From an uncultured Acidobacteriota bacterium (GTDB lineage: Bacteria; Acidobacteriota; Thermoanaerobaculia; Gp7-AA8), in the NCBI GenBank assembly GCA_963741955.1, contig CAVUKB010000007.1, positions 1,152,001 to 1,216,000 on the forward strand: a stretch of 64,000 nucleotides of DNA, given 5' to 3'. Below the pieces are notes generated by a model, which saw only the letters and a program-made list of their open reading frames with translations, had not been told where the DNA came from and made no database searches. Shown piece by piece: positions 53,808 to 62,332 of this stretch (position 1 is the first letter of the stretch; every line of letters starts with the position of its first letter). The translations under genes were made by a program, and so were the position numbers.

Positions 53808-54157
53808 AGAAGGAGGGGTGCACGCCGCGGGTCATAGGTTTCCCGGGTTTCCCGGGCCGGCGTGACGTCTTCCAGCTCGAATCGGGCTGGCCTCTCGCTA
53901 CCGACCCGCTCGGCAGCAAGGTCACGCTCCGGCTCGAGCTCCACCTCCTCGCCACGACACGGGGTGAGAAATCCGAGCTGGCAGTTCCGCGCGAACTGAA
54001 GGACCGGCACCCCCCTGGGGGAAGCAGAGTCTGCCGTCGGAATCGGCCGCGCCCGGGGCGGCTCGAATTCCGAAAAAGGAGAGAGCGGTTCAATCCTTCG
54101 GAAATGGCGAGGCTTCTGCATTGCCGATTGATGGCAACGAAAACGAACCGCGAGGAT

Positions 54158-54197
54158 TGACCCCATGGGGTCATGTCTCGACAAACCATGTTAGGAT
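54158..54197 (+). promoter_or_regulatory. Perfect palindrome plus extended -10 promoter upstream of RAYT-like gene
   Basis: TGACCCCATGGGGTCA (54158-54173); TG-T-TAGGAT (54189-54197) lies 6 nt before ATG. Confidence 0.6.
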
Positions 54198-54203
54198 GTA
54201 GCA

Positions 54204-55157
54204 ATGGCTAGACCTCTCAGACTGGAGCATCCGAACGGCCTCTGGTTGGTGTCGAACCGGCGGGATGAGCGGCACGCCATCTTCCGTGACGACGAAGACC
54301 GGGAGAGCTTCATCCGGACCGTGGGACGGGTTGCGATCGCATCCCGCTGGCACGTTCTGGCTTACGGACTTGCGGACCGGCACTACGTGCTTCTTATCCG
54401 GACCCCGGAAACGAATCTTTCGACCGGAATGAGGCAGATCAACGGAATCTACACGCAATACTTCAATCGACGTTACCGCCGCAAGGGCTCCCTGATGGAG
54501 GGGAGATTCCGCGGGGTGATCGTGGAGCAGGACGCGAATTTCGCCGAGCTCCTCAGGTATGCGGTGACCATGCCGGTGACCGAAGGCGCTGCGCGCTCCG
54601 CGGCGTCCTGGAAGTGGAGCAGCTATCGCGCGACGGCGGGACAGGTGACACCTCCGGAATGGCTCGACGTGGATGAAGCCCTCACCGCATTCGGACGGAG
54701 TCGAAAGAAGGCGCAGGAGTCGTACCGGCAGTTCATCGCCGCGGGAAAGCGTTCCGACTACGACCCCTGGAGCCAGGTGAAGGGTCAGGTCTTTCTCGGA
54801 AGCGAAGAGTTCCGGCGGAAGATGATGAAGGAGCTTCCCCGAGTCGCTGGATCATCGGAGACCCGCGAGCGCCGGGTGCTGAAGGGACGTCCGAATCTGA
54901 GCGCCATCTTCGGACAGACGGCGAAGGAATTCCGGATGGACGAGAAGGACCTCCGCCGCGGCCGCGGCGGCACGCCGCGGACCATGGCGGCGTTTCTCGC
55001 CCGCCGGGAGGGGAGCATCTCTCTCGGGCCGATCGCGAGGGCTCTCGGTATCGCCGAATCGGCGGTCTCGCGGCTGGCGCGACTGGGGGAGGAGCAGTAC
55101 GAGGGGGACGCCGATTTCCGCCGCTCCGCGGACCGCATCACCAAACGAATCATCTGA
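54204..55157 (+). CDS. RAYT/Y1 (HUH) transposase homologue with C-terminal HTH; catalytic motifs degenerate
   Basis: MARPLR, IFRDDEDR, NLS.GMRQ.NG.YTQYFNRR, GRF, WKWSSYRATAG, FLGSEEF; HUH reads HYV. Confidence 0.85.
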   Translation: MARPLRLEHPNGLWLVSNRRDERHAIFRDDEDRESFIRTVGRVAIASRWHVLAYGLADRHYVLLIRTPETNLSTGMRQINGIYTQYFNRRYRRKGSLMEGRFRGVIVEQDANFAELLRYAVTMPVTEGAARSAASWKWSSYRATAGQVTPPEWLDVDEALTAFGRSRKKAQESYRQFIAAGKRSDYDPWSQVKGQVFLGSEEFRRKMMKELPRVAGSSETRERRVLKGRPNLSAIFGQTAKEFRMDEKDLRRGRGGTPRTMAAFLARREGSISLGPIARALGIAESAVSRLARLGEEQYEGDADFRRSADRITKRII

Positions 55158-55194
55158 TCAGCTTGGGGTGAGCCGTATCTCAGCGTACTTGCGC

Positions 55195-55704
55195 TCCGGG
55201 GTGCGGATCCCGCCCTGCGGGATCCGCCGCTAGAATCGCGTTGTACGCGAGGAAGAGCGAGCCTGGGGGTGAGCGGGAAGCGTCACGCACGAGCCGGAGC
55301 GGCTTCGCTTCTGCCACAGCCGTCGTCTCATCCCTCTTCGAACGTGAGTTGCGCGGCGGATCAGAGGATCCGCGCCCCTCGGCGTTATCTCGCCTCGGGG
55401 TAGTTCTTCCGGGGTGCGGATCCCGCCCTGCGGGATCCGCCGCGAGCGTCGCGTTGTACGCGAAGAAGAGCGAGCCTGGGGGTGAGCGGGAAGCGTCACG
55501 CACGAGCCGGAGCGGCTTCGCTTCTGCCACAGCCGTCGTCTCATCCCTCTTCGAACGTGAGTTGAGCGGCGGATCAGAGGAGCCGCGCCCTTCGGCGTTA
55601 TCTCGCCTCGGGGTAGTTCTTCCGGGGTGCGGATCCCGCCCTGCGGGATCCGCCGCGAGCATCGCGTTGTACGCGAAGAAGAGCGAGCCTGCGGGTGAGC
55701 GGGA
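55195..55704. repeat. 213-bp tandem repeat, ~2.4 copies, hairpin-rich
   Basis: GTGCGGATCCCGCCCTGCGGGATCCGC recurs at 55201, 55414 and 55627; units near-identical. Confidence 0.92.
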
Positions 55705-55716
55705 CCAGCGGTTGCG

Positions 55717-57063
55717 TCAGTGCGTGAATGGGCTCGGGTAGCTCGTCAGTGACGTCTCTCTGAATCCGATGCCGTGTGCCGCCAGCTCTTCGAGAATCGA
55801 TTCGTAGAGCTCGGGGATCACCGGGATCAGCGCACCGGTGGCATGGATGCGGCGCCGGTCGAGCAGGAGGCGCGTCGCGATCGCGGCCGGAAGGGTGACC
55901 GTTCTCGCCATCGCCGAGTCCCCCCACGCCTTGCCGATCTCGGCCAGGGTCGAGCGGATGTACTCGTGCCGCCCGTCGGGATAGATGGCAGTGATGTTGT
56001 GCTGCATGGCCACCATGTCGCGCTCACCCGGGCGATAGACCATCATCTTCTGCAGGCGGTCGACGAAGATGTCGAGAGCCGACGCGGACGAACGAGGCAG
56101 AGGACGGTCGGAGAAGAACCCTGCCCACTCCAGCCGGGTGATGATCTCCGAATCGGGATCGATCCCCAGGAACCTCGCGACCCTTGCCACGAGCGCCCCC
56201 CCGTTCTCCGGAAGGAGCCGGGTGAGGAAATCGGCATACGTGGTTCCCTCCGGCCACTCCCGTACCGTCACGTCGAACAGCCCGAGGTCCGCAGCCGCTT
56301 TCATCGTGTCGCACCAGCCGGGATAGCGGATGGTGCCGCGGAACATGTTCACCACCCCATTGAGGCCGTAAAGGTCGATGTACGAGATCGAGTCGCGGTT
56401 CGGATAGATCTCGAACACGCCCTGGCTCTCGACTTCGAACGGCCAGTGATGCGCGAACAGATCCGGTCCGTCCACCTCGACCGTGTTCCCGTTGCGGAGG
56501 TAGCGCGCGCTCTCGCGTCCGGCGAGAACCACCCCTCGGGGATTCCAGGAGAACTTGTACCCCCACGGGTTGTCGTGGGCGTCGGGCGCCGGAAATCCGC
56601 CGCAGCAGCTCGAAAAGTGTGTGATGGTCGCGCTCCGCGAGCGGAGCTTGTTGACCAGATGTACCGCCGACATGTGGTCGATGCCGGGGTCCAGTCCGGT
56701 TTCGCTGAGCACCGCCACTCCTGCCTTCTTCGCTTCGTGGTCGAGCTCCCGGACCGCGGGCGACTGATACGACGTGCTCACGAAATTCTTCCGGTGTGCG
56801 ATGGCCATCTTCGCCATCGGTGCCTGAAGGAACGCAGGAAGGAGACAGACTACGACGTCGGACTCGCGCACCAGCCGGTCGACGGCGGGGGTGTCGGTCG
56901 CATCGAGGGTCAGAGCTCGAACGCGGTCGCTGGTCTCGAGAAACGGCTGGACGCGCTCGAGCTCCTGAGCGGCGACGACGATTCGGTATTCGCGGCGATC
57001 GAGGAAGTAACGGATCAGGGGGGGCGAGGTCATCCCTGCGCCGAGAAGCAGAATGTTCTTCAT
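55717..57063 (-). CDS. Saccharopine dehydrogenase (SDH domain of AASS / Lys9-like)
   Basis: LLLGAG, STSY, ETGLDPGIDHM, CGGFPAP..NPWGYKFSWNPRG, YPNRDS, RGTIRYPG, SAMARTV. Confidence 0.92.
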   Translation of the reverse strand: MKNILLLGAGMTSPPLIRYFLDRREYRIVVAAQELERVQPFLETSDRVRALTLDATDTPAVDRLVRESDVVVCLLPAFLQAPMAKMAIAHRKNFVSTSYQSPAVRELDHEAKKAGVAVLSETGLDPGIDHMSAVHLVNKLRSRSATITHFSSCCGGFPAPDAHDNPWGYKFSWNPRGVVLAGRESARYLRNGNTVEVDGPDLFAHHWPFEVESQGVFEIYPNRDSISYIDLYGLNGVVNMFRGTIRYPGWCDTMKAAADLGLFDVTVREWPEGTTYADFLTRLLPENGGALVARVARFLGIDPDSEIITRLEWAGFFSDRPLPRSSASALDIFVDRLQKMMVYRPGERDMVAMQHNITAIYPDGRHEYIRSTLAEIGKAWGDSAMARTVTLPAAIATRLLLDRRRIHATGALIPVIPELYESILEELAAHGIGFRETSLTSYPSPFTH

Positions 57064-57208
57064 TTCGTTTACGGTCCGTGCCCGGCTCCGGCCGGGCTCG
57101 GCGATGATCGTAACATCCGTTCCGGTGACGACGCCAACCGAGGAGTCATCGATTCCCGGAGCCGAAGCACTCTCTATGGAGCCGTCGGCAGAGGGGGGCC
57201 CTCTCGGT

Positions 57209-58525
57209 TCACGACTCCTTCACGAATTGCTCCAGATACCGATACGGGGGAGTGAGCACTCCACGATGAACGATCACCGCGCGGGTGAGCTCCGTTGGAA
57301 GCTCGAGAGCGTCGTACTCCACCTCCCAGTCGCACTCCGCGAGAGGCGCCGCGAAACGGACCAGGCTGTCCCCGAAGTGCTCCGACGACTCGACCGGCAG
57401 CTCGCACGGGAGGTTGTCCACGGCCATGATCACCGGACCGCGTCCGCGTGATCCCATCGAGACCTCACCGGTCGACGGCTCCCAGACGTAGATCGGATCT
57501 CCCGGCGTGGTGGACCGAACCGTCGCTTCGATCGATCCTCCGATGTCGCACGTGATGTCTCCGATCACTCTGAGCTTCGGCTGAGTCTCGCTGTTCCAAA
57601 GCCGGGCCAGTTGTTCGCGTGTCACCAGTCGCGGCTGTTCCGGTTCCCAGTAGATCCCGTTGACGAGGACCGTGATGTGCGGAAGGAGTCGATCGAGCGC
57701 GGAGCGGTAGAGCTCGGGATGCTCCCTGTACTGGTACAGCTCGAAGCCGCCGCCGTCGATCCGTTCGTACCGCTGCGAACGGTCGAGGATGGTCTTGTAC
57801 ACCACGTTTCGGGGACGGGTGCGATCTTCCGGCAGCGACGGAAGCTCTTCCGGGTCGATCCACTGATACGGGAGCCGGTCGAACACTTCCTGCGCCCCCT
57901 TCGAGACGTTTCCACTTCCCGCGAACGCGAAGACCACCGGACGGAGACCGGCTTCCAGTCCGTCGTGCCGGATCCGTTCGCCGATCCTTCCGATGTGACC
58001 GGTCGCCTCGTCGAGGCTCGAGTACTGGTGAGCGAGCCGGACATCCTGGAGCGGAGTGTGGAATCCTTCCGTTTCGAGACGATTGCCCAGCGCCCAGAGG
58101 GTGTCGATCATTCCCGCGTATCCGGCGTGCCGGGAGAAGAAGATCAGCCGTCTCCCTTTCGCATCGGTGATCCTCTCGTAGTCGATCAGGGTGCAATTCT
58201 GATCCATCAGCCGGCGAAGCAGCGGCATGTTGTAGACCTGACCCTTGGTGGTGTGGGAGAAGAAGAGATAGGTCGTGTTCGCCTGCAGCTTCGCGATCGG
58301 GATTTCTTTGACCCCGAGGATCACCCGGCAGGGGGAGAGGTCGATGTTCAGCTCCGCTCCGGCGCGCGTGTAGTCGAGATCGTGGAACACCCGGCGGGAG
58401 GAGGGTTGTACGCGGAACGAGAGCGTCTGCTCGCGAGTGAGCTCGGAGACGTGGTCGGGGGTGAGGGGCGCACGGCGCTCCCACCGGTTCTTGTCTTCGG
58501 CGCGGATCCCGATGATGGACGGCAA
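57209..58525 (-). CDS. Lysine-ketoglutarate reductase (LKR domain of AASS)
   Basis: IGIRAEDKNRWERRAPLTP, GVKEIP, FFSHTTKGQ.YN, IDYE, GSGNVSKGA, NGIYW, DITCDIGGS, AVDNLPCELP; TTG start after GGGAGG (ORF extends to ATG 58558). Confidence 0.9.
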   Translation of the reverse strand: MPSIIGIRAEDKNRWERRAPLTPDHVSELTREQTLSFRVQPSSRRVFHDLDYTRAGAELNIDLSPCRVILGVKEIPIAKLQANTTYLFFSHTTKGQVYNMPLLRRLMDQNCTLIDYERITDAKGRRLIFFSRHAGYAGMIDTLWALGNRLETEGFHTPLQDVRLAHQYSSLDEATGHIGRIGERIRHDGLEAGLRPVVFAFAGSGNVSKGAQEVFDRLPYQWIDPEELPSLPEDRTRPRNVVYKTILDRSQRYERIDGGGFELYQYREHPELYRSALDRLLPHITVLVNGIYWEPEQPRLVTREQLARLWNSETQPKLRVIGDITCDIGGSIEATVRSTTPGDPIYVWEPSTGEVSMGSRGRGPVIMAVDNLPCELPVESSEHFGDSLVRFAAPLAECDWEVEYDALELPTELTRAVIVHRGVLTPPYRYLEQFVKES

Positions 58526-58564
58526 GGCAACCTCCCGGACGGATTGGATGAACGCCATTGTAGT

Positions 58565-58627
58565 GTTTCATGAATCCCTTGCATCCGGTTACGGGCGCCG
58601 GCAGATCGGACGAGGGATTCATGAAAC
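58565..58627. promoter_or_regulatory. 15-bp perfect inverted repeat between divergent LKR and MarR genes
   Basis: GTTTCATGAATCCCT ...33 nt... AGGGATTCATGAAAC, adjacent to minus-strand TACAAT (58557-58562). Confidence 0.6.
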
Positions 58628-58759
58628 GAATGCTATCGCGATGCGGGGCTGAGGCTCCAGGTCACTGCGCCGGCAGAGCCCGATCGAGAGCGGACGCGGG
58701 CGGCCTGCCTGCTGAAAGAATTGCATGGCCGCCGCGTTTCGTCTTACGATCCCGAATGT

Positions 58760-59266
58760 ATGGGATCCAATACGAATTCCGCAACCGACCGTGAAGTGAA
58801 GTATGTCCTCGACGCGCTGAGGATCATCGTGCGTGCCCTCAGAGTCGCGGACGCGGGACTCCAGCACCGTCGAGGCATGAGCGCAGCGCAGATGTTCGTC
58901 CTCCAGCAGCTGGCGGCCTCGCCGGGGATCTCGCTCAATCAACTCGCCGAGCGGGTTCTCACCCACCAGAGCTCCGTCTCGGTGGTGGTCAAGCGCCTGG
59001 TGGAGCGAGGGCTGGTCGTCCGGAAGCGGTCCGCCGATGACGCCCGCAGACTCGAGCTCTCGCTGACGTCGAAGGGGAGACTCGCTGCGCGAAAAGCTCC
59101 TCCCGCAGTTCAGAACGAGCTGATCGCCGGCTTGCGCGAGCTCTCGCCCGTGCGAAGACGGGCTCTCGGTCGAACCCTCTCCGGGATCGCGTCCAGAATC
59201 GGCGAAGGAGGCGCGGTGCCGCCGATGTTCTTCGAGAATCCACGCGGCGGAGGAGATCGTTCGTGA
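58760..59266 (+). CDS. MarR family transcriptional regulator
   Basis: MSAAQMFVL, SLNQLAE..THQSSVSVVVKRLVERGLV.R..DARR..LT.KG. Confidence 0.9.
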   Translation: MGSNTNSATDREVKYVLDALRIIVRALRVADAGLQHRRGMSAAQMFVLQQLAASPGISLNQLAERVLTHQSSVSVVVKRLVERGLVVRKRSADDARRLELSLTSKGRLAARKAPPAVQNELIAGLRELSPVRRRALGRTLSGIASRIGEGGAVPPMFFENPRGGGDRS

Positions 59267-61077
59267 CCGCACCGGATTCGCGAGCCGGTGGTTTCATCCC
59301 GGTGGCTCCGTCGATGGAGCCGGCGCTCTCGGATGTCCGTCTTCCCGCTCCGCCTCTGCTGATGTCCCGCCGGGATCTCGTCATCGCGATCCTGGCCGTG
59401 CTGCTCGGTGCGGCGGCGGCCGTGATCGCGGACGCACTGGTGCATCTGATCGGGCTGATCACCAACCTCTGTTTCTATGGCCGCTTCTCGGACTCCTTCG
59501 TCGATCCGGGAGGAACCACTCTCGGCTGGCCGCTCATCTTCATTCCTGCCGTCGGTGGAGTGATCGTCGGCATCATGGCCCGGTACGGCTCGATCGCCAT
59601 CCGCGGCCACGGGATCCCGGAGGCGATGGAGCAGGTGCTTCTCAACCAAAGCCGGATCCCGCCGCGGGTGACGCTCCTCAAGCCGCTCTCCGCCGCGATC
59701 GCAATCGGGACCGGAGGACCGTTCGGTGCGGAAGGCCCGATCATCGCCACGGGTGGGGCACTCGGCTCTCTCGTCGGTCAGATCTTCCGCACCACCGCGG
59801 TGGAACGGAAGACGCTCCTCGCGGCGGGAGCGGCGGGGGGGATGGCGGCGACGTTCGGGAGTCCGGTCTCCGCAGTCCTTCTGGCCATCGAGCTTCTGCT
59901 GTTCGAATATCGCCCGCGCTCGGTCGTCCCGGTCGCGCTGGCCAGTGTCACTGCGACTGCGGTCCGATTCGCGATCGTGGGTTCCGCGCCGATCTTCGGA
60001 ATGCCGCACCTCGAAGCGCCCGGCGGCGTGGCACTCTGCATCTACATCGCGATCGGCGCGCTCCTGGGGGTGGTCTCCGTCTTCGTCACGCGCGCGGTCT
60101 ACGCAGTGGAGGACGGGTTCGAGCGGTTGCCGGTCCACTGGATGTGGTGGCCCGCGATCGGAGGTCTCGCGGTGGGTGTGGTCGGACTGGTCGTGCCGCA
60201 GACCATGGGAGTGGGGTACGACAACATCCACGCTCTCCTGATCGGTTCAATGACCGGTCGGGCACTTCTGATTCTCGCGGTGATGAAATTCATCTCGTGG
60301 GCCATCTCTCTCGGCAGCGGTACGTCCGGAGGAACGCTCGCTCCTCTCTTCACCATCGGCGGCGGCATCGGAGGGGCGATGGGATTCCTCCTCGTCGCAG
60401 TCTGGCCGGGAAGCGGTATCGATCCACGGATCGCCGCGCTGATCGGAATGGCGGCGATCTTCGGCGGAGCGTCACGCGCGCTGCTCGCCTCTGTGGTATT
60501 CGCATTCGAGACGACCCTTCAGCCGATGACACTGCTTCCGCTCCTCGGAGGATGCGCGGCTTCGTACCTCGTCTCCGTATTTCTGATGGAGAACACCATC
60601 ATGACCGAGAAGCTGGCCCGCCGCGGCGTTCGTGTCCCAGCCGAGTACGCAGCAGATTTTCTCGACACCCTCCGGGTCGGCGAGTACTGCACGCGCGAGG
60701 CCGTATCGCTGCGCGCATCGGATTCGGTGAGATCGGTTCGCCAGTGGCTCGGCGAAGCGGGTGCTCAGTCGACGCATCAGGGATTTCCGGTTCTCGACGA
60801 ACGGGAATCGCTGGTGGGTGTCGTCACCCGTCGCGACCTCCTCGCCTCCGGGATCGATCCGCGGAGGGAGGTGAGAACGATCGTCCGCCGCCCCCCTGCC
60901 GTCTGCCTGGAGAGCACGACTCTGCGCGAGGCTGCGGATCACATGATCGACGAAGGGGTGGGGAGACTTCCGGTCGTCACAGGGGATTCCTCCATGCGCG
61001 TGGTCGGCATCATCACCCGGAGCGACATCCTTGCGGCACACCGGAAACGCCTCAGCGACGTGCGGCAGATCGCCTGA
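59263..61077 (+). CDS. ClC chloride channel family protein with tandem CBS domains
   Basis: GHGIPEA, GAEGP, GAAGGMAATFGSP, SGGTLAP; CBS motifs FPVLD..VGVVTRRDL and LPVV..VGIITRSDI. Confidence 0.92.
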   Translation: MTAPDSRAGGFIPVAPSMEPALSDVRLPAPPLLMSRRDLVIAILAVLLGAAAAVIADALVHLIGLITNLCFYGRFSDSFVDPGGTTLGWPLIFIPAVGGVIVGIMARYGSIAIRGHGIPEAMEQVLLNQSRIPPRVTLLKPLSAAIAIGTGGPFGAEGPIIATGGALGSLVGQIFRTTAVERKTLLAAGAAGGMAATFGSPVSAVLLAIELLLFEYRPRSVVPVALASVTATAVRFAIVGSAPIFGMPHLEAPGGVALCIYIAIGALLGVVSVFVTRAVYAVEDGFERLPVHWMWWPAIGGLAVGVVGLVVPQTMGVGYDNIHALLIGSMTGRALLILAVMKFISWAISLGSGTSGGTLAPLFTIGGGIGGAMGFLLVAVWPGSGIDPRIAALIGMAAIFGGASRALLASVVFAFETTLQPMTLLPLLGGCAASYLVSVFLMENTIMTEKLARRGVRVPAEYAADFLDTLRVGEYCTREAVSLRASDSVRSVRQWLGEAGAQSTHQGFPVLDERESLVGVVTRRDLLASGIDPRREVRTIVRRPPAVCLESTTLREAADHMIDEGVGRLPVVTGDSSMRVVGIITRSDILAAHRKRLSDVRQIA

Positions 61078-61097
61078 GAGCTCACGCTTCGATCCGT

Positions 61098-61258
61098 GGA
61101 GTCTGCGCGGTAGAAACGTCCGTAGCGAGAAAGCGGAGCAGCGAGGCCAGATTCGTTCGGATTTGAGGTGCGTAGCGGTGGCTACTCGCCGAAAATCCGG
61201 GCGGATTTGGACCGCTGATCCGCTTTCGCAGTAGGACAGTTTCTACCGCGCAGACTCC
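61098..61258. mobile_element. MITE-like palindromic element, family B (161 bp)
   Basis: 20-bp terminal IRs GGAGTCTGCGCGGTAGAAAC / GTTTCTACCGCGCAGACTCC; whole element folds as a long hairpin; remnant at 29424. Confidence 0.8.
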
Positions 61259-62091
61259 CAGGCGCCGAGAAGATCGGAGATGATGCTCTCGTCGGGTGCA
61301 GAGCGACGCATCTCGTGACGCAGCCGGATCGGACCGGAGAATGATGGCGTCGCATCGTGAGCGCGGAGCTGCTCGTCCAGACGGCGCTCCAGAATCTCTT
61401 CGATCCCATCTGCGGGCTGGACGATCCCGAGGGCGATGAACTCGGCGGGGCCGATGCGTGCGACAAGATCCGCGTGACGGAAAGTAGAGCGAAGTACGTC
61501 GGCGGCGGTCATCAGAATGTCGTCTCTCACGTCGGGACGGTGTCCCTTTCCGAAGCCCTGGAGATCGGCGGTGGCGCGGAAGGAGAGAACTTCTTTCGCC
61601 CCGAGCGCAGCGAGACGGAGATGTCGCGCCGCGAGCCGGTCGAAACCAAGGCGATTGAGAAGGTGAGTGAGGGGATCGAGCCACTGTTCTTCACTGATCG
61701 CCCGGTCTATGCGGCCGCGCTGGATCGCGTGGATTACAGTCTCGAAAAGATCGATCGGCGAGACCCGTTCCTTCAGCACGTATGCGGAGGCGCCGGCTTC
61801 GACGGACTTTATCGCTGCCGCCTCATCTGCAGATGTCGAGAGAATCACGACCGGGATATGGGGGGCCTGTGCAGTCACTCGAATCAGTGCATCGACTCCC
61901 CAGTCGTCCGGAAGCGTGAGGTCGAGCATGACGAGATCGAAAGGTTCCTCCGCCAGGCGTTCGCCCGCCTCCGCGGCATTTTCGCAGACGGTGGTACGCA
62001 CGCCTTCGAATGCAGTCAGTGCGGTCGAGAGCCGAATCGACCATGAAGGCTCGTCTTCGACGATGAGCAGATGCACCGATCGATCAGTCAT
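61243..62091 (-). CDS. Response regulator with degenerate GGDEF domain
   Basis: REC: LIVEDE, LDLTLPD, VILST, YVLK. GGDEF-like: DPLTHLLNR, RHADLVARIGPAEF. Stop codon lies within the family B element. Confidence 0.8.
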   Translation of the reverse strand: MTDRSVHLLIVEDEPSWSIRLSTALTAFEGVRTTVCENAAEAGERLAEEPFDLVMLDLTLPDDWGVDALIRVTAQAPHIPVVILSTSADEAAAIKSVEAGASAYVLKERVSPIDLFETVIHAIQRGRIDRAISEEQWLDPLTHLLNRLGFDRLAARHLRLAALGAKEVLSFRATADLQGFGKGHRPDVRDDILMTAADVLRSTFRHADLVARIGPAEFIALGIVQPADGIEEILERRLDEQLRAHDATPSFSGPIRLRHEMRRSAPDESIISDLLGAWESAR

Positions 62092-62332
62092 GGCAATGCT
62101 TTCCGGGTGAGCGTACGACGCGAGCGCACCCAGTCCAATATCGGTGATGAGCGCCCCGGCTGCAAGTCCGGATGGATGCCGGGGCAAACTTCTTGCAGCC
62201 CGACCACGTCCGTTGCCCGGCGGCCATCGGGCATTTCTGCTGGCCCGACTCGTGAAGGGAACCCCGCCCGGATCGCGGCGTTCCGCTTCGGGAAGTATGT
62301 CCGCTGCGCCAGATGGAGGTCGAAGTCTTTCG

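Noticed and set aside
53737-54204. ORFs between dinB and the RAYT-like gene
   Set aside because: They overlap dinB, lack recognisable motifs and have no convincing start signals.
55195-55704. Possible CRISPR array
   Set aside because: Units are near-identical along their whole 213 bp, with no unique spacers and no cas genes in the window.
55180-55741. ORFs of 104-166 aa spanning the tandem repeat
   Set aside because: They arise because the period is a multiple of 3 in GC-rich DNA; they occur on both strands and show no recognisable domain.
57064-57208. LKR-SDH fusion by readthrough
   Set aside because: The 145-nt gap is out of frame and SDH has its own ATG.
58530-58750. Lysine riboswitch upstream of LKR
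   Set aside because: No recognisable L-box core motifs, and the putative -10 leaves too short a leader.
59263-61077. Fluoride-specific CLC-F
   Set aside because: It lacks the GNNLI/GMGLI and GEVTP signatures, and no fluoride riboswitch is seen.
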